From contig NC_068994.1 of the NCBI RefSeq assembly GCF_001194135.2, positions 13,093,278-13,131,588 on the forward strand: DNA of 38,311 bases. Reading direction: 5' to 3'. Source of the DNA: Octopus bimaculoides. Lineage: Eukaryota. This document shows, piece by piece, positions 1 to 10,539 of this stretch (its first letter is position 1; each line of letters opens with the position of its first letter). A program made the position numbers and the translations under genes. The notes below the pieces were generated by a model that saw nothing but the letters and a program-made list of their open reading frames with translations, searched no databases and was not told where the DNA came from.

Positions 1-18
1 CGTTAAATGATGATAGTG

Positions 19-389
19 GTTGTTGTTGGCACTTCGTCGCTTATGAAGTCGAGGGTTCCAATTGATCCGATCAACGGAACAGCCTGCTCGTGAAATTAAC
101 GTGCAAGTGGCTGAGCACTCCACAGACACGTGTACCCTTAACGTAGTTCTCAGGGATATTCAGCGTGACACAGTGTGACAAGGCTGGCCCCTTTGAATTA
201 CAGGCACAACAGAAACAGGCAGTAAGAGCGAGAGAAAGTTGGGGTGAAAGAGTACAGCAGGGTTCGCCACCATCCCCTGCCGGAGCCTCATGGAGCTTTT
301 AGGTGTTTTTGTTCAATAAACACTCAACGCCCGGTCTAGGTATCGAAACCGCGAGTCCGCTGCCCTAATCACTGGGCCATTGCGCCTCC
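19..389 (-). mobile_element. tRNA-derived SINE, family A (near full length)
   Basis: Minus strand begins GGAGGCGCAATGGCCCAGTG (A-box-like), has a GGTTTCGATACC B-box-like segment and a (CAA)n tail. Homologous copies at 13035, 16464, 21470 and 36105. Confidence 0.85.
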
Positions 390-424
390 ACTGATGATAG
401 TATTGGTGATGATATACGTACAGA

Positions 425-522
425 TACGATGTGGTATCAAAAAGTTCCTGGACTAATTAAGTTTAATAAGTTTTAACATCATCTCCTTCGAAATAGTCCC
501 CTTGCCCAACAATACACCACTG
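425..522 (-). mobile_element. mariner-family transposon 3' end remnant
   Basis: Minus strand of 478-522 translates QWCIVGQGDYFEGDD, a typical mariner transposase C-terminus. It lies next to a TA-starting TIR-like end TACGATGTGGTATCAAAAAGTTCCTGGACT at 425. Confidence 0.65.
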
Positions 523-689
523 TCTCTCCCTCACTCACTTTCAAGCATCAGTTGCGTTTGAATGAAAATAGTGTTGAAAAATATTAATTCGACATACGAC
601 CTGTCAGTCAGAATGGAACTCGGTTGTAAGTCATGGGAAAGGTGTAATAGTAGCTACCTGGCAATTATCTTCGGTACAGTTTCCATCTA

Positions 690-820
690 TTCAGTTTTAC
701 TTACAAAGTACAGATCAACCCAAGACCATAGGAAATGACATTTGCCCAACATGCTGCACAGCAGGATTGAACCAGCAACCACGTGGTTACAATGCAAACT
801 TCTAAACCACATAGCCTTGC
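690..820 (-). mobile_element. diverged tRNA-derived SINE head, family D
   Basis: Reverse complement resembles the GGCTGTGTGGTAAG...GGTTC...CCCACTGC head seen at 15917 and 32243. Confidence 0.45.
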
Positions 821-949
821 TCATAGGAAATTATTTATATTCATAAAATTACTTGTTCTACCAAAGAGAAAAAAACAATTTGATTAACAAATATGAAGGA
901 CTTTATTTAGCAATTTCAATTTTGACATTGATTCTGTTATTTCTCTGAA

Positions 950-1140
950 TATGTTTATTTATAGTGAATTCTTGGAGAGAATGGCTTTTACTACATATAT
1001 CACACTGATATGGTCTCTCTCCTGTGTGAATACATTTATGTATAGTTATGTAATATGTTTGGCAGGAAGATTCACCATTGATTTCATACTGATATGGTTT
1101 CTCTCCTGTGTGAATACATTTATGTATAATTATGTAATAA
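950..1140 (-). pseudogene. C2H2 zinc-finger relic truncated by an RTE insertion
   Basis: Translates YYITIHKCIHTGEKPYQYEINGESSCQTYYITIHKCIHTGERPYQCDICSKS. It has an 84-bp internal repeat (1004/1088), has lost Cys/His ligands, and abuts RTE sequence at about 1147. Confidence 0.75.
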
Positions 1141-1146
1141 GTTTGA

Positions 1147-1950
1147 TGGAAGTAGGGATTAGAATCGAAGGGCCTTAGAGTCAACATAGCTAAAACCAAA
1201 GTCCTAATAAGTAGGAAAGCAGACAGACCACAAACCTCTTCAGGTAGATGGCCCTGCTCGATCTGTAGAAAAGGCGAAGGTAGAAACTCCATAAGATGTA
1301 CCCAGTGTAAGTTATGGACACATAAGAGGAGCAGCAATATCAAAGGAAGGCTAACTGGGAAGATAGTTTTTGTATGTGGCAGATGCTCAGGAGCAATAAA
1401 CACTGAAAATGTGCAGAGAACAACTTCTGCCACATTCCAGGGAGAAAAACTAGTAGTTGATTGCTTCCATTAGCTAGGTGACCAAGTCAGTAGCGGGGGA
1501 AGGTGCGCTGAAAGTATAGCTGCTAGAATAAGAATAGCCTGGGCAAAGTTCGGAGAGTTCCTACCTCTGCTGGTGACAAAGGGCCTCTCATCCGAGCGTG
1601 ATCATGGCCAGGGCTGCTGCATGGCCTCCGTGCCGGTGGCACATAAAAAGCACCATTGAAGCGTGATCATTACCAGCGTCACCTTACTGGCACTTGTCGG
1701 TGGTACGTGGAAAACACCTTTTGAGCGTGGCCATTGCCAGTACCACCTGACTGGCCCTCGGGCTGGTGGCATGTAAAAGCACCCACTACATTCTCGGAAT
1801 GGTTGACATTAGGAAGGGCATCCAGCTGTAGAAACTCTGCCAGATCAGATTGGAGCCTGGTGCAGCCATCTGGCTCACTAGTCCCCAGTCGAACTGTCCA
1901 ACCCATGCCAGCATGGAAAGCGGACGTTAAGCGATGATGATGATGATGAT
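1147..1950 (+). mobile_element. RTE-clade LINE fragment (end of RT, Cys-rich insert, 3' end with (GAT)n tail)
   Basis: WK*GLESKGLRVNIAKTKVLISRK...WPCSICRKG...CTQCKLWTHK...ARIRIAWAKFGEFLPLL, with stops and frameshift. 3' end GGAAAGCGGACGTTAAGCGATGATGATG. Confidence 0.85.
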
Positions 1951-2861
1951 ATGTTGATATAATTTCACTCCCCCGTTTTAGAGCTAAAAATTAGTAAGAT
2001 ACGTCAGTAATTTATTTTAAATAATTCTATACAAACTTTGATACAAAATAATTTGTTTGAATTTCATAAATTTTCATAGTAATTGTTGCTCAATTTCTGA
2101 AATAAATTTGATGTAATTGAAATATTTTTGTATTTAATTTCAGCTCAACCAGTTTTGTTCTCTCCTATCATGAACGGATCTAATAACAAGTTATCTGGAA
2201 GGTGAGAGTCACTGTGTCTTTTCCACAATCACATTGAAATTAAAATCACAAATCTATCATTATTTTAATAGGAAAGGATTTATCAACACAGCTATTAATA
2301 AATTTGAAATTCATGGATTTATTTTTTATATATGCAATCATAAAAGTTTTATTTTTTGCTGGAAAAAAAAACAAACTGCAGTAATTAGTAACTAACAATG
2401 ATCCTAAAGCTAGAATATAAAATAGAGATAATTCTTAATTGCACTCCCAACCCTGAGTTTTATTCAAACACCCCCACATTAGAAGGGGCCTGTCTTAAAA
2501 AACCACAACCGGACAAAGTGAAATACCCATAGGTACATCATGTATTACATAGAAAAACTATCTCTATATGATATATAAAGAGAAAAAACATCAATATTTA
2601 TATACCAGACATTTCCTTTTCAGCTATAAATGAAGGTAGATAACTATCAATATATGAGAGGATATGAAAACTGTCTCTACAACAATGGAAGGCGTTTGGG
2701 GAGGAGCTTAGATACACAGCAACAACAAATGAACATTTCAAAGTTTATCTTTATTTCAAAAGTTAATTTCTAAGAAGGAACCAATTCAGGAATGGAATCT
2801 CTTATGTGGTAGATAGATTTGCTAGAATTAGTAGCCAAATCCTCTTTGATTCAATTATCAC

Positions 2862-3095
2862 CTTATAGAAGAACACATTGGACAATGTGATTCTGGGTTC
2901 CCTACATAAAGACAGGAGGGTCCTGGCTGGAAGGCATTTGATCAAGAGCTTCTCTGAGTGTTTTCAGTGTTTGTCTCTCTTGATCAGAACTTGTGTACCA
3001 TGTGTACAGCATCTGGAAGCTCTGTTCTTAAATGTTTTAAGTGTTGTCACACTTGATATTTTCCAGTTGGACATTTTTGATTTCTAAATTCCTCC
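2862..3095 (-). pseudogene. death-domain-encoding exon with in-frame stops
   Basis: Acceptor TTTCTTATTGTTTTATGTTTTGCAG ends at 3096. Translation RNLEIKNVQLENIKCDNT*NI*EQSFQMLYTWYTSSDQERQTLKTLREALDQMP fits the death-domain pattern (I..I..dn...EQ..QML..W...T...L..AL). TAA stops at 3037-3039 and 3028-3030. Confidence 0.7.
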
Positions 3096-3822
3096 CTGCA
3101 AAACATAAAACAATAAGAAATAATTTCAAAATCATTAACGATTACATAAAAGATGTGTACTGTAGGTTGTCATAAATATAACAAATAAACTATGTCAATA
3201 GAGGAATGCGAAATAGTTAAGAAACATAAAAAAATAAAAGGCATTGTTCTCTGTTTCTAAGAATGTTAATTAAAAATAACAAAGCGGTGGAAAAGCAAGG
3301 TGAAAATGGTGAAGATTTTAAAGAAAAATCAATTGAAAATTACACTTGCAAGAATTTATGGTAAACAGATGGTAGAAGTTTTTGTTCTCTGTTTCTAAGA
3401 ATGTTAGTTAAATATCAGGTCATATCATAAGCTCTGTCCGATTTTACCTTTTTTAAAATTGCAATGGGGGTGAAAACCCAGTTACGAACAAATTTGAGGA
3501 CACACAATTTATACCTCTGTACAAAGGTTGACAGACACAAACTGTCTTTCTGATGTTGTAGTTAATACAAAAACAACATTACAAGGAATATATGTAAAAC
3601 TACTCCCTCCCCCACAACTACTCTACCACATTTGTCACTAATGATAATTGAGATCAACTAATTGAAAATGCCTCTACAATGTTTTATAAATTACATCTAA
3701 TTAGTGTTGGTGAAAATGGCTGGGTCAAGTTTCTGTCACTCATTGTGTAACACTAATGTTATTTCCTATTTTTCCATTGAATATCTTATTGATAACTTAT
3801 TAGTCGTTAATATTTGTTAAAA

Positions 3823-4195
3823 ATGTCTCCAAAGAAATAGATTCCTGAAGCTTAAATGTCTCAAATCATTGCATTATCAAGTGAAGGATTCTCTCAAGTA
3901 GAAATTGTAAGATAATTGAAAATGCTTGAGAAAAGATTTCCATCAAAAGGTACAATGAGAGAAATTCTTTCAAAAATTGTAAAGGACGAGGTCGCAAAAC
4001 GTGTACAACCACAAGGGAAGACAGGTTGCTGAAGAGGACATCACTGGTGGATAGGAAAAACACCTCTTTTGACATAGCTGTTGAGTTTTGGTTGGCAACA
4101 AACAAAGACATATCAACTCACACATTGAGAAGAAGGTTATTAGAAGCTGGATTCAAAGGATGTAAGGCCAAAAAGATGCTGTTACGGTCTGAGGG
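3823..4195 (+). mobile_element. Tc1-family transposase N-terminal (HTH) remnant
   Basis: IKRYNERNSFKNCKGRGRKTCTTTREDRLLKRTSLVDRK...STHTLRRRLLEAGFKGCKAKK matches the Tc1 GRPR/RRRL pattern; stops and frameshift upstream. Confidence 0.8.
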
Positions 4196-4885
4196 GAACA
4201 ATGAACAAGTGTTATATAGACATAAGATTTAGGATGGGGAGAAGTGTTAATGTGGATTATAAGGACCCCAATACATGACTGGTATTGTATTTTATCAGCC
4301 TAGCAAAGATGGAAGGACAAAGTGACCTTAGCAGGATCAGAACTCTGAACATAAAGGGTGGTAAAGAAATACCACAAGGTATTCCATCCAACAGTAATCA
4401 GACACAGGAAGAGGAGAAAAGAGGGGGGACAATTTATTAAATAAACCCCTGGATATTACTGGTACAGATTTTGACCCCAGGTTGTTAATAGATACTCTGG
4501 GAGGATTTGAACTTGGAACATAAACAGATCAAAGTAAGGGGATGATTTTACATTTAGTCCAGGGCCAGAGGAAAGAAGAAAATTACAAGATGGGTGGGTG
4601 GGGAGTGAGGTGTTTTACATGGAATGAATGGAAGAAGAGGGAGGATTTGAACCTGCAACGTTGAGGTAACGAAGGATGGGATGAAATAAAGAATCTAGTC
4701 AGGTAACAACAACAACAATAATTATGATGATTAATAAATGAAGTTAGATTACAGTGTCATTAGAGTGAGAGAGAGAGAGTTGAAGCACGACGACCCATGG
4801 TGGGATTATGACATGAATAACTCAAAACAAGAAAGCAAACATTAAAGAAACAGATTTGGATAATCCAAATCCATTGGGGACTTAC

Positions 4886-5070
4886 TTTTGAACTGCCAGA
4901 CGTAGAGGTCATTCTGTTGTAGAAGTTTAACGTCTGTGCGTCCAACCATTGACGGCCACAACACTGACATCAGCAGAATTATGTTGTAGTAGTTTAACAA
5001 TGTCTGTGTGTCCCTCCTGAGAGGCAACATGTAGAGGTGTCCCACCGCCATTAATATGTCGCTGAGTAAC
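4886..5070 (-). pseudogene. ankyrin-repeat-encoding exon with frameshifting deletion
   Basis: Acceptor ...GTATCTTTTTTAG ends at 5071 and donor GTAAGT starts at 4885. Translation VTQRHINGGGTPLHVASQEGHTDIVKLLQHNSADVSVVAVNGWT, then the frame shifts to TDVKLLQQNDLYVWQFK. Confidence 0.8.
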
Positions 5071-5221
5071 CTAAAAAAGATACACAATAAAGACATTAAA
5101 GATGGTGTCCATTGGAGGTGGGAGGGGGGCAAAAATGAAAAATGTCAGAAAAAGAGAAAGATTAATAAACAGGTGGAATGAAGGTGGGGAAAAATAAATG
5201 AGGTTTATAATGTATCTATAC

Positions 5222-5400
5222 CCGCAGACACACACACACGTATGCATATTATATACATACATACACACTCTCACACATACATATATACATAAATATATAT
5301 ATATATACATGTGTTTTATATATTCACTGATCATTTGTTTATGTATTTTTGTGTATATATATGCGTTTATGTGTGTGTATATATTTGTGTATGTATGTAC
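5222..5400. repeat. compound (CA)/(TA)/(TG) microsatellite tract
   Basis: Directly visible dinucleotide runs. Confidence 0.85.
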
Positions 5401-5778
5401 AGGTCTGCGTGAGCTGAAGAAAATTTTTAATTAAAAAAATATAAACTGTCGAACAAATAATTTCAATTTTGTGAGATCATCTCCGAAAGATCACCCGTTT
5501 TTTCAATGAAATTTAATAGAAATCCACATTTTTCAATGTTGTATCAAACAATTATGTCTGGATTGTGGGAAAGAAAGTGAAAAAGTGTATGTTGAGGGTG
5601 GAAGGGTATCGATCTACAACTCATCAAAAATATTTATTTATTACCATAATCATTATCTACACAAGGAAATGAGCAACTTTTATTTAAAAAATATGAGGAA
5701 ACAAAATTTGGGGCACTAAATTGTATGTATATATCATATACATATAACACACACATATATAACATACATACACAAATG

Positions 5779-5859
5779 GGCATATTCATTAAAAAATATT
5801 CATTTTTCTGAAAGTTATGACCTCCCAAAGTCTGGGGGGTAAAACCCTGTAGTTATGCC
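5779..5859. mobile_element. 81-bp Merlin-type mini element (degenerate)
   Basis: Ends GGCATATT...GTTATGCC, with flanks CACAAATG / CACAAGGG (6/8 match). The right 32 bp are nearly identical to 9724-9755. Confidence 0.5.
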
Positions 5860-5949
5860 CACAAGGGTACATATCTTTATACAAAGATATATATATATAT
5901 ACATATATTCGCTAACCTGTAAAATGTTATTTCCTTTCTTTTTTAACAG

Positions 5950-6009
5950 GACTTTGACTACATCTTTATAAGTTCTTCTCCACAGCCTGACGTAGAGCTG
6001 TGTTGCCCT
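5950..6009 (+). other. candidate 60-nt exon of unknown gene
   Basis: GCTAAC branch-point-like motif at 5911, pyrimidine tract, AACAG acceptor and GTGAGT donor at 6010. Open in phase 0 (DFDYIFISSSPQPDVELCCP). Confidence 0.4.
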
Positions 6010-6575
6010 GTGAGTCCTACTTATTAACATTTGTTCGCCTGGAGACTAGGGAGGCCACGGCGTCAATTTGATGGCTGAAAGGAAAAAAATAAACATAAAA
6101 CATCACAGACATTCACTTAATAATTACATTAAATATACAATCGTGTTCCATTAAACGCATAAAAACTATGTATAGTACAGCCTCGTGAGTGTGTGTGTGT
6201 GTGTGTGTGTGTGCTACAATTTTGTTCCTGCTAACTTTTTGTTTCTCTCAGTTTCTTTGTTTTATGTTTGTTGACGATTTTATGATCAGATCAGATCGAT
6301 TTTATGATCAGTACGTTTTAATTAATTTTGTTTGGTTTATATGATTTATTTTGAAATGTATTATCGAAATACAGGCCACACCCTCACATGCCAACTTCAA
6401 AAGATTTTTCCTGATCACATCACGCTCTCTCTATCTCTTTCGTTTTTACGCCGACTTCAAAAAGACATCCTTTTCCTCCAACTCCATATGTAAAAAATAA
6501 ATATATTTTTTACGGAAATCGCCGATGTTATTCAGAAAAGTAATTAAACACACCTTGCTTGAAACACTATAAGGT

Positions 6576-6706
6576 CGCCATTAATCAGTACGCACGCGCA
6601 CAACGACCGGAAGTTATGGGATCTATAAACGAGAGACCGCCTTTAATCAGTAAGCATGCGCACAACGACCGGAAGTTATGGGATCTAGTACCGAAAGCCC
6701 GCCATT
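6576..6706. promoter_or_regulatory. 62-bp tandem repeat (2 copies plus start of third) with YY1-, NRF1- and ETS-like motifs
   Basis: CGCC(A/T)TTAATCAGTA(C/A)GCA(C/T)GCGCACAACGACCGGAAGTTATGGGATCTA starts at 6576 and 6638, and CGCCATT recurs at 6700. Located about 320 bp upstream of the transposase ATG. Confidence 0.55.
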
Positions 6707-6827
6707 CAATTCTTGTTAGTTTGAATTAGGAAGCCCTTGGATGCAGAAGGTTGGAAATTACTATCTTTCTCTCTGTCTTCAATTTTCATTGCAGAGAATT
6801 TTGAAAGGAATCTTAAATTTTATTTTC

Positions 6828-6970
6828 ATTTTGCACACACACACACGCCTGTACACACAAGCACAGACAGAATTTTACACACACACACGCCTGTACACAA
6901 GCAAAAACACAGACTCACAAGCAGAAACACACACACACACATATCTGGCAACAGACTCTCCTGTACATTG
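6828..6970. repeat. CA-rich degenerate tandem repeat (CACACACACGCCTGTACACA units)
   Basis: Two near-identical units plus a partial CCTGTACA unit upstream of the transposase ORF. Confidence 0.7.
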
Positions 6971-7018
6971 TCTCACAATTCCTAAGACACATCATATACT
7001 CTTCCATTCGATCCCACT

Positions 7019-7939
7019 ATGGCTAGACGATATAGGATTGTTGAATCTGTCCTTTCCGTTGATGACATAACTGAAAGACATCACAATCTGCGAGAAATAA
7101 TTGCCATAACGGGTAACGCGGATTCAACAAACCAATTCCTGGCGTCTGTGGGATTGATCCACAATTCCATGGAATGCTGTAATCAGCGGATGTTCCTTGC
7201 AACGCGCAATACAGTATCCGATGGGAAAATGTGGAGGTGTCCTGTTTGCAGGCAATTTCGTAGCATCAGGCGAGACTCGTTTTTCTCGGACTCCCATCTA
7301 CCATTGACTCGTCTCCTAGAGTTGATGTATTACTGGGCCAGAATTGAATGCAAACAGAGTGTTGTGATGAGCGAAGTTGGAATTGGCCCAGAAGCAATTG
7401 TCAAATGGTACAATTACTTTCGCGATGTTTGTGCCATGTGGTGCTTTGACCACCCTGTGCAACTTGGAGGAGAGGACGTCGTTGTAGAGCTCCTCGAATC
7501 CAAGTTTATGCACAGGAAACATCATCGTGGAAGTTATCGAGAGGGGCATTGGGTTCTTGGACTGGTCGAGCAGGAAAGTCTGAAAAGTGTCTTAGTTCCT
7601 GTGGAAAACACAAGTGCAGCAACACTGTTGCCCATTATTACTCGCCACGTTTTGCCAGGAACTAAGATCATCACAGACTCCTGGGCAGCGTATAACAGTC
7701 TTCCAGACGATTTCACTGTCAACCACAATGTCACCTTCGTCGATCCCAACGATGCCTCAGTCAGCAAAAACACCGTGGAAGGGATTTGGAGTCAAATGAA
7801 AGCAAATTATCGGAGGATGCATGGGACGTCCGATAGTTTGTTTTCGACATATTTGCATGAATTTTGTTGGCGACGTCACAACACTAGTAATACTTTTATG
7901 AGCTTCATAAAATGTATTAGACAGTATTATCTTGTCTGA
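7019..7939 (+). CDS. Merlin / IS1595 (ISXO2-like) DDE transposase-family protein, first catalytic Asp replaced by Leu
   Basis: Uninterrupted 306 aa. N-terminal zinc ribbon (ECCNQ...WRCPVC), GG..VVVELLESKF..RK.HRG...WVLGLVE, TLLPII...V.PGT.IITDSW.AY, VNH..TFVDP, NTVEGIW, YL.EF.WR. Confidence 0.9.
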   Translation: MARRYRIVESVLSVDDITERHHNLREIIAITGNADSTNQFLASVGLIHNSMECCNQRMFLATRNTVSDGKMWRCPVCRQFRSIRRDSFFSDSHLPLTRLLELMYYWARIECKQSVVMSEVGIGPEAIVKWYNYFRDVCAMWCFDHPVQLGGEDVVVELLESKFMHRKHHRGSYREGHWVLGLVEQESLKSVLVPVENTSAATLLPIITRHVLPGTKIITDSWAAYNSLPDDFTVNHNVTFVDPNDASVSKNTVEGIWSQMKANYRRMHGTSDSLFSTYLHEFCWRRHNTSNTFMSFIKCIRQYYLV

Positions 7940-9712
7940 TTTCAAAAATATGTTTTATGAAGTTCATAAAATGTGTTCTGGTGTTTAATTTAGCCTCAAA
8001 TTCATGGGAATCTGTGTAACTTTATATTTATCATTATTTATTTTCTTTTGTATCTTTGTAATTTGTATTTCTTTCTTCTACACACGGAAATAACCCGTGT
8101 AAGCAAAATTTGGTCTAATGTTTAATTTTTAAATTGTTTTGTTTTTAATTGGTAATCATTACATGGAGAGTTTCACCAGATTTAAAAAAAGAACAAACAA
8201 AAAACAAATTGCTACCACACAATTAATAACATTTCCATTTCCTTCCTTCTCTGGAATTTGCATCCACAATTTTCAAAAACAGAAGGGCATTTTACAGAAA
8301 TAAGAGAAATGGTTAGAACGAACTTATACATATGTAGTGACTTCATTTGGACATAGATTAAATTCGAACAGTGGATCTACACGGACACCAGACGAAAACA
8401 ATAGCAATCACGGTGGTATACCTCTTTTTCTACAGTCGGCCGAAATCAAGAAGTGACAATGCCACCTTCACATTCTCTATTGTCAGCATCAGGCATTACC
8501 TACTCTTTCTCTCTCTACTGACAGCAGAACACATCTCGCTGTCGACTACAACCAGCAAAGCAAAGCTTTATTACACACCACATGGTACACGGCTAGACGG
8601 CTACAACTGGTGTCAGACCGACCACAACGATACAACGATGTGTCTAGAACGTGATTCGAACACAACAACTCTGCCACAATTGCTGACTCCTGAGCTACAG
8701 AATTGCAGTCTCCGTTACCTTATCCATTACATTTGGTGAGCTCGACTTCAAAGTTACTGCTTCAGCATCGCATGACCTCTTGAAAAAAAAATTACAGTCC
8801 ATGCCAGTCGCATCAACAAGAATTACACAACACGAAAGGCAGGAAGTCACCGACTCAATGGACACACACCAATTACTTTCCATATCGCAGACCAATGTAC
8901 TACAGTCCGATGCACAGATCCACTAGGGAAACAGTTGCCATACGTAAATGCAACATTTAGAACAGCTATCCACCCAAGAGAACTAACCATTTCTCACTTT
9001 TCAGCATAGACCTTTCACAGGACACTATTACCAACCAGGTTTTGTCACTTTGTACTGTCCATTCATTTTGCTGCACAGCACAATGTTTACACATGCATAT
9101 ATGCATGTTTGCACCCAGTTTCTGTGCACAGCTGTAGACTCTTAACTTTTTTTCTTCTTTTGCATGCAACTCTTTTCTCATGAGAAGGATATCTCCTCCT
9201 CACTTTATATCTCTCCCGTCTTTTACTATTTCACCATCGTCGCATCAACAGACATTATTCTATGATGCGGCCAGAATGATGAGAACAGGACAAGTAAAAA
9301 AATTAAGGCTGCACGGTAGCAGTCGAGAAAGAAAATGTAACGGTTAAATAAAAAAAAATTTGTCTATAACTTCGACCACTGTCATTATTCCATTGAGTCA
9401 ACTTCATTTTCTACATAAACATACATGCAAACAACAAGCAAAAACATACCTTCTCTCTGTCTCTCTACCTCTCTTACACGCACATATATACGGGTACTAC
9501 TAAAGAAAGTGGTCGCGCGTCCGCGCTAGCTAGTCGTGAGTAGTCGATCTTACAAGTGCGCGTATGCAAATTAGTACACACTACCTGTTTTTGTTAACTT
9601 CATGCATTATATATATGTCATAATTACGTTATGATATCACTATACAATGCCCCTTGAAAAGCTAATTTAAATAGCGAAAACCGGTTGGATTTTACAACAC
9701 CCATATAATATG

Positions 9713-9755
9713 GGCATAACCTGAAGTCTGGCGGGTAAAACCCTGTAGTTATGCC
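9713..9755. mobile_element. 43-bp Merlin-type mini element with perfect 8-bp TSD
   Basis: GGCATAAC (9713-9720) and GTTATGCC (9748-9755) are exact inverted repeats. ATAATATG is at both 9705-9712 and 9756-9763. Confidence 0.75.
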
Positions 9756-10331
9756 ATAATATGTATATATTTATATAAAAAAATATTAAACTATGTGAAA
9801 CGAAGGCATTTTTCTTCTTTCTTTACATATCTTCAACTCGTAATTTTACCATGTGTTGTTTACTGAATCTCCAGTATTTTTGCTCTTTATATTTCTATAT
9901 ATATATATATATATTTATATATGTATGTATGTACAGGCAAACCTACACAATAGTGCCCACCAACGAATGTTTCCTTGTAAGTTATAGTAAAAAACGGATA
10001 TTTTTGAATGAAATTTCTTTCACAAATATACTTCAGATGGCAAACGTTCCAATTCTATCGGAATTTGTTGTAAGAAAAAATTTTCGATGGGTGGAGAGAG
10101 AGAAATTTGGTAAAGTTCACCCGAGTCAGCTTTCTTTCCAAAAACAAATAGATATTTTCAATAAAACTATTTCAGATGGTGAAGATTCTTCATATATCAG
10201 AATTTAATATAATTTTAAAAATTGGTGGATTCACACAGATATACACTGATACATCAGAAAATAAAAAGATGAACTTTGGAAATATAACCGTGACGTGTGT
10301 CAGTATTTGTGTGCAAAACCATCAAATATTT

Positions 10332-10539
10332 AAAGTTCGCGCGTCCGGCCTAGCTAGTCGTGAGTGGTCGATCCTATTATTTTTAAACTTCAAACTTCAT
10401 TTGTTTTCTATTTTGATAAATTCTCTCTGTTGAAAATTATATTTTTATATTTTAAATAATTTGCAATTTCAGGAAATATGTTTTTATATTAAATTTGTGT
10501 TTTCTACTCACGACTAGCTAGCCCGGACGCGCGAACTTT
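10332..10539. mobile_element. MITE-like foldback with 36-bp inverted ends
   Basis: AAAGTTCGCGCGTCCGGCCTAGCTAGTCGTGAGTGG (10332-10367) versus the reverse complement of 10504-10539: 2 mismatches. A third, direct copy is at 9506-9549. Confidence 0.65.

Noticed and set aside
2144-2201. Possible plus-strand exon with an ATG (also minus-strand 31581-31646)
   Set aside because: Splice-like sites only; no homology and no phase-compatible partner found.
3244-3412. 31-bp direct repeat 138 bp apart
   Set aside because: Consistent with a small local duplication in intronic AT-rich DNA; too few units for an array.
8371-9181. Short ORFs in a moderately GC-rich block
   Set aside because: No recognisable domain in any frame.
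9564-9571. Octamer ATGCAAAT suggesting an snRNA promoter
   Set aside because: Single 8-mer with no recognisable snRNA or PSE nearby.
5400-10320. Patchy inverted similarity between 5400-5730 and 9940-10320, suggesting long TIRs around the transposase
   Set aside because: Only short matches (GGGCACTA, GGAAAGAAAG, AGGAAACA) in AT-rich DNA; cannot be supported without an alignment.
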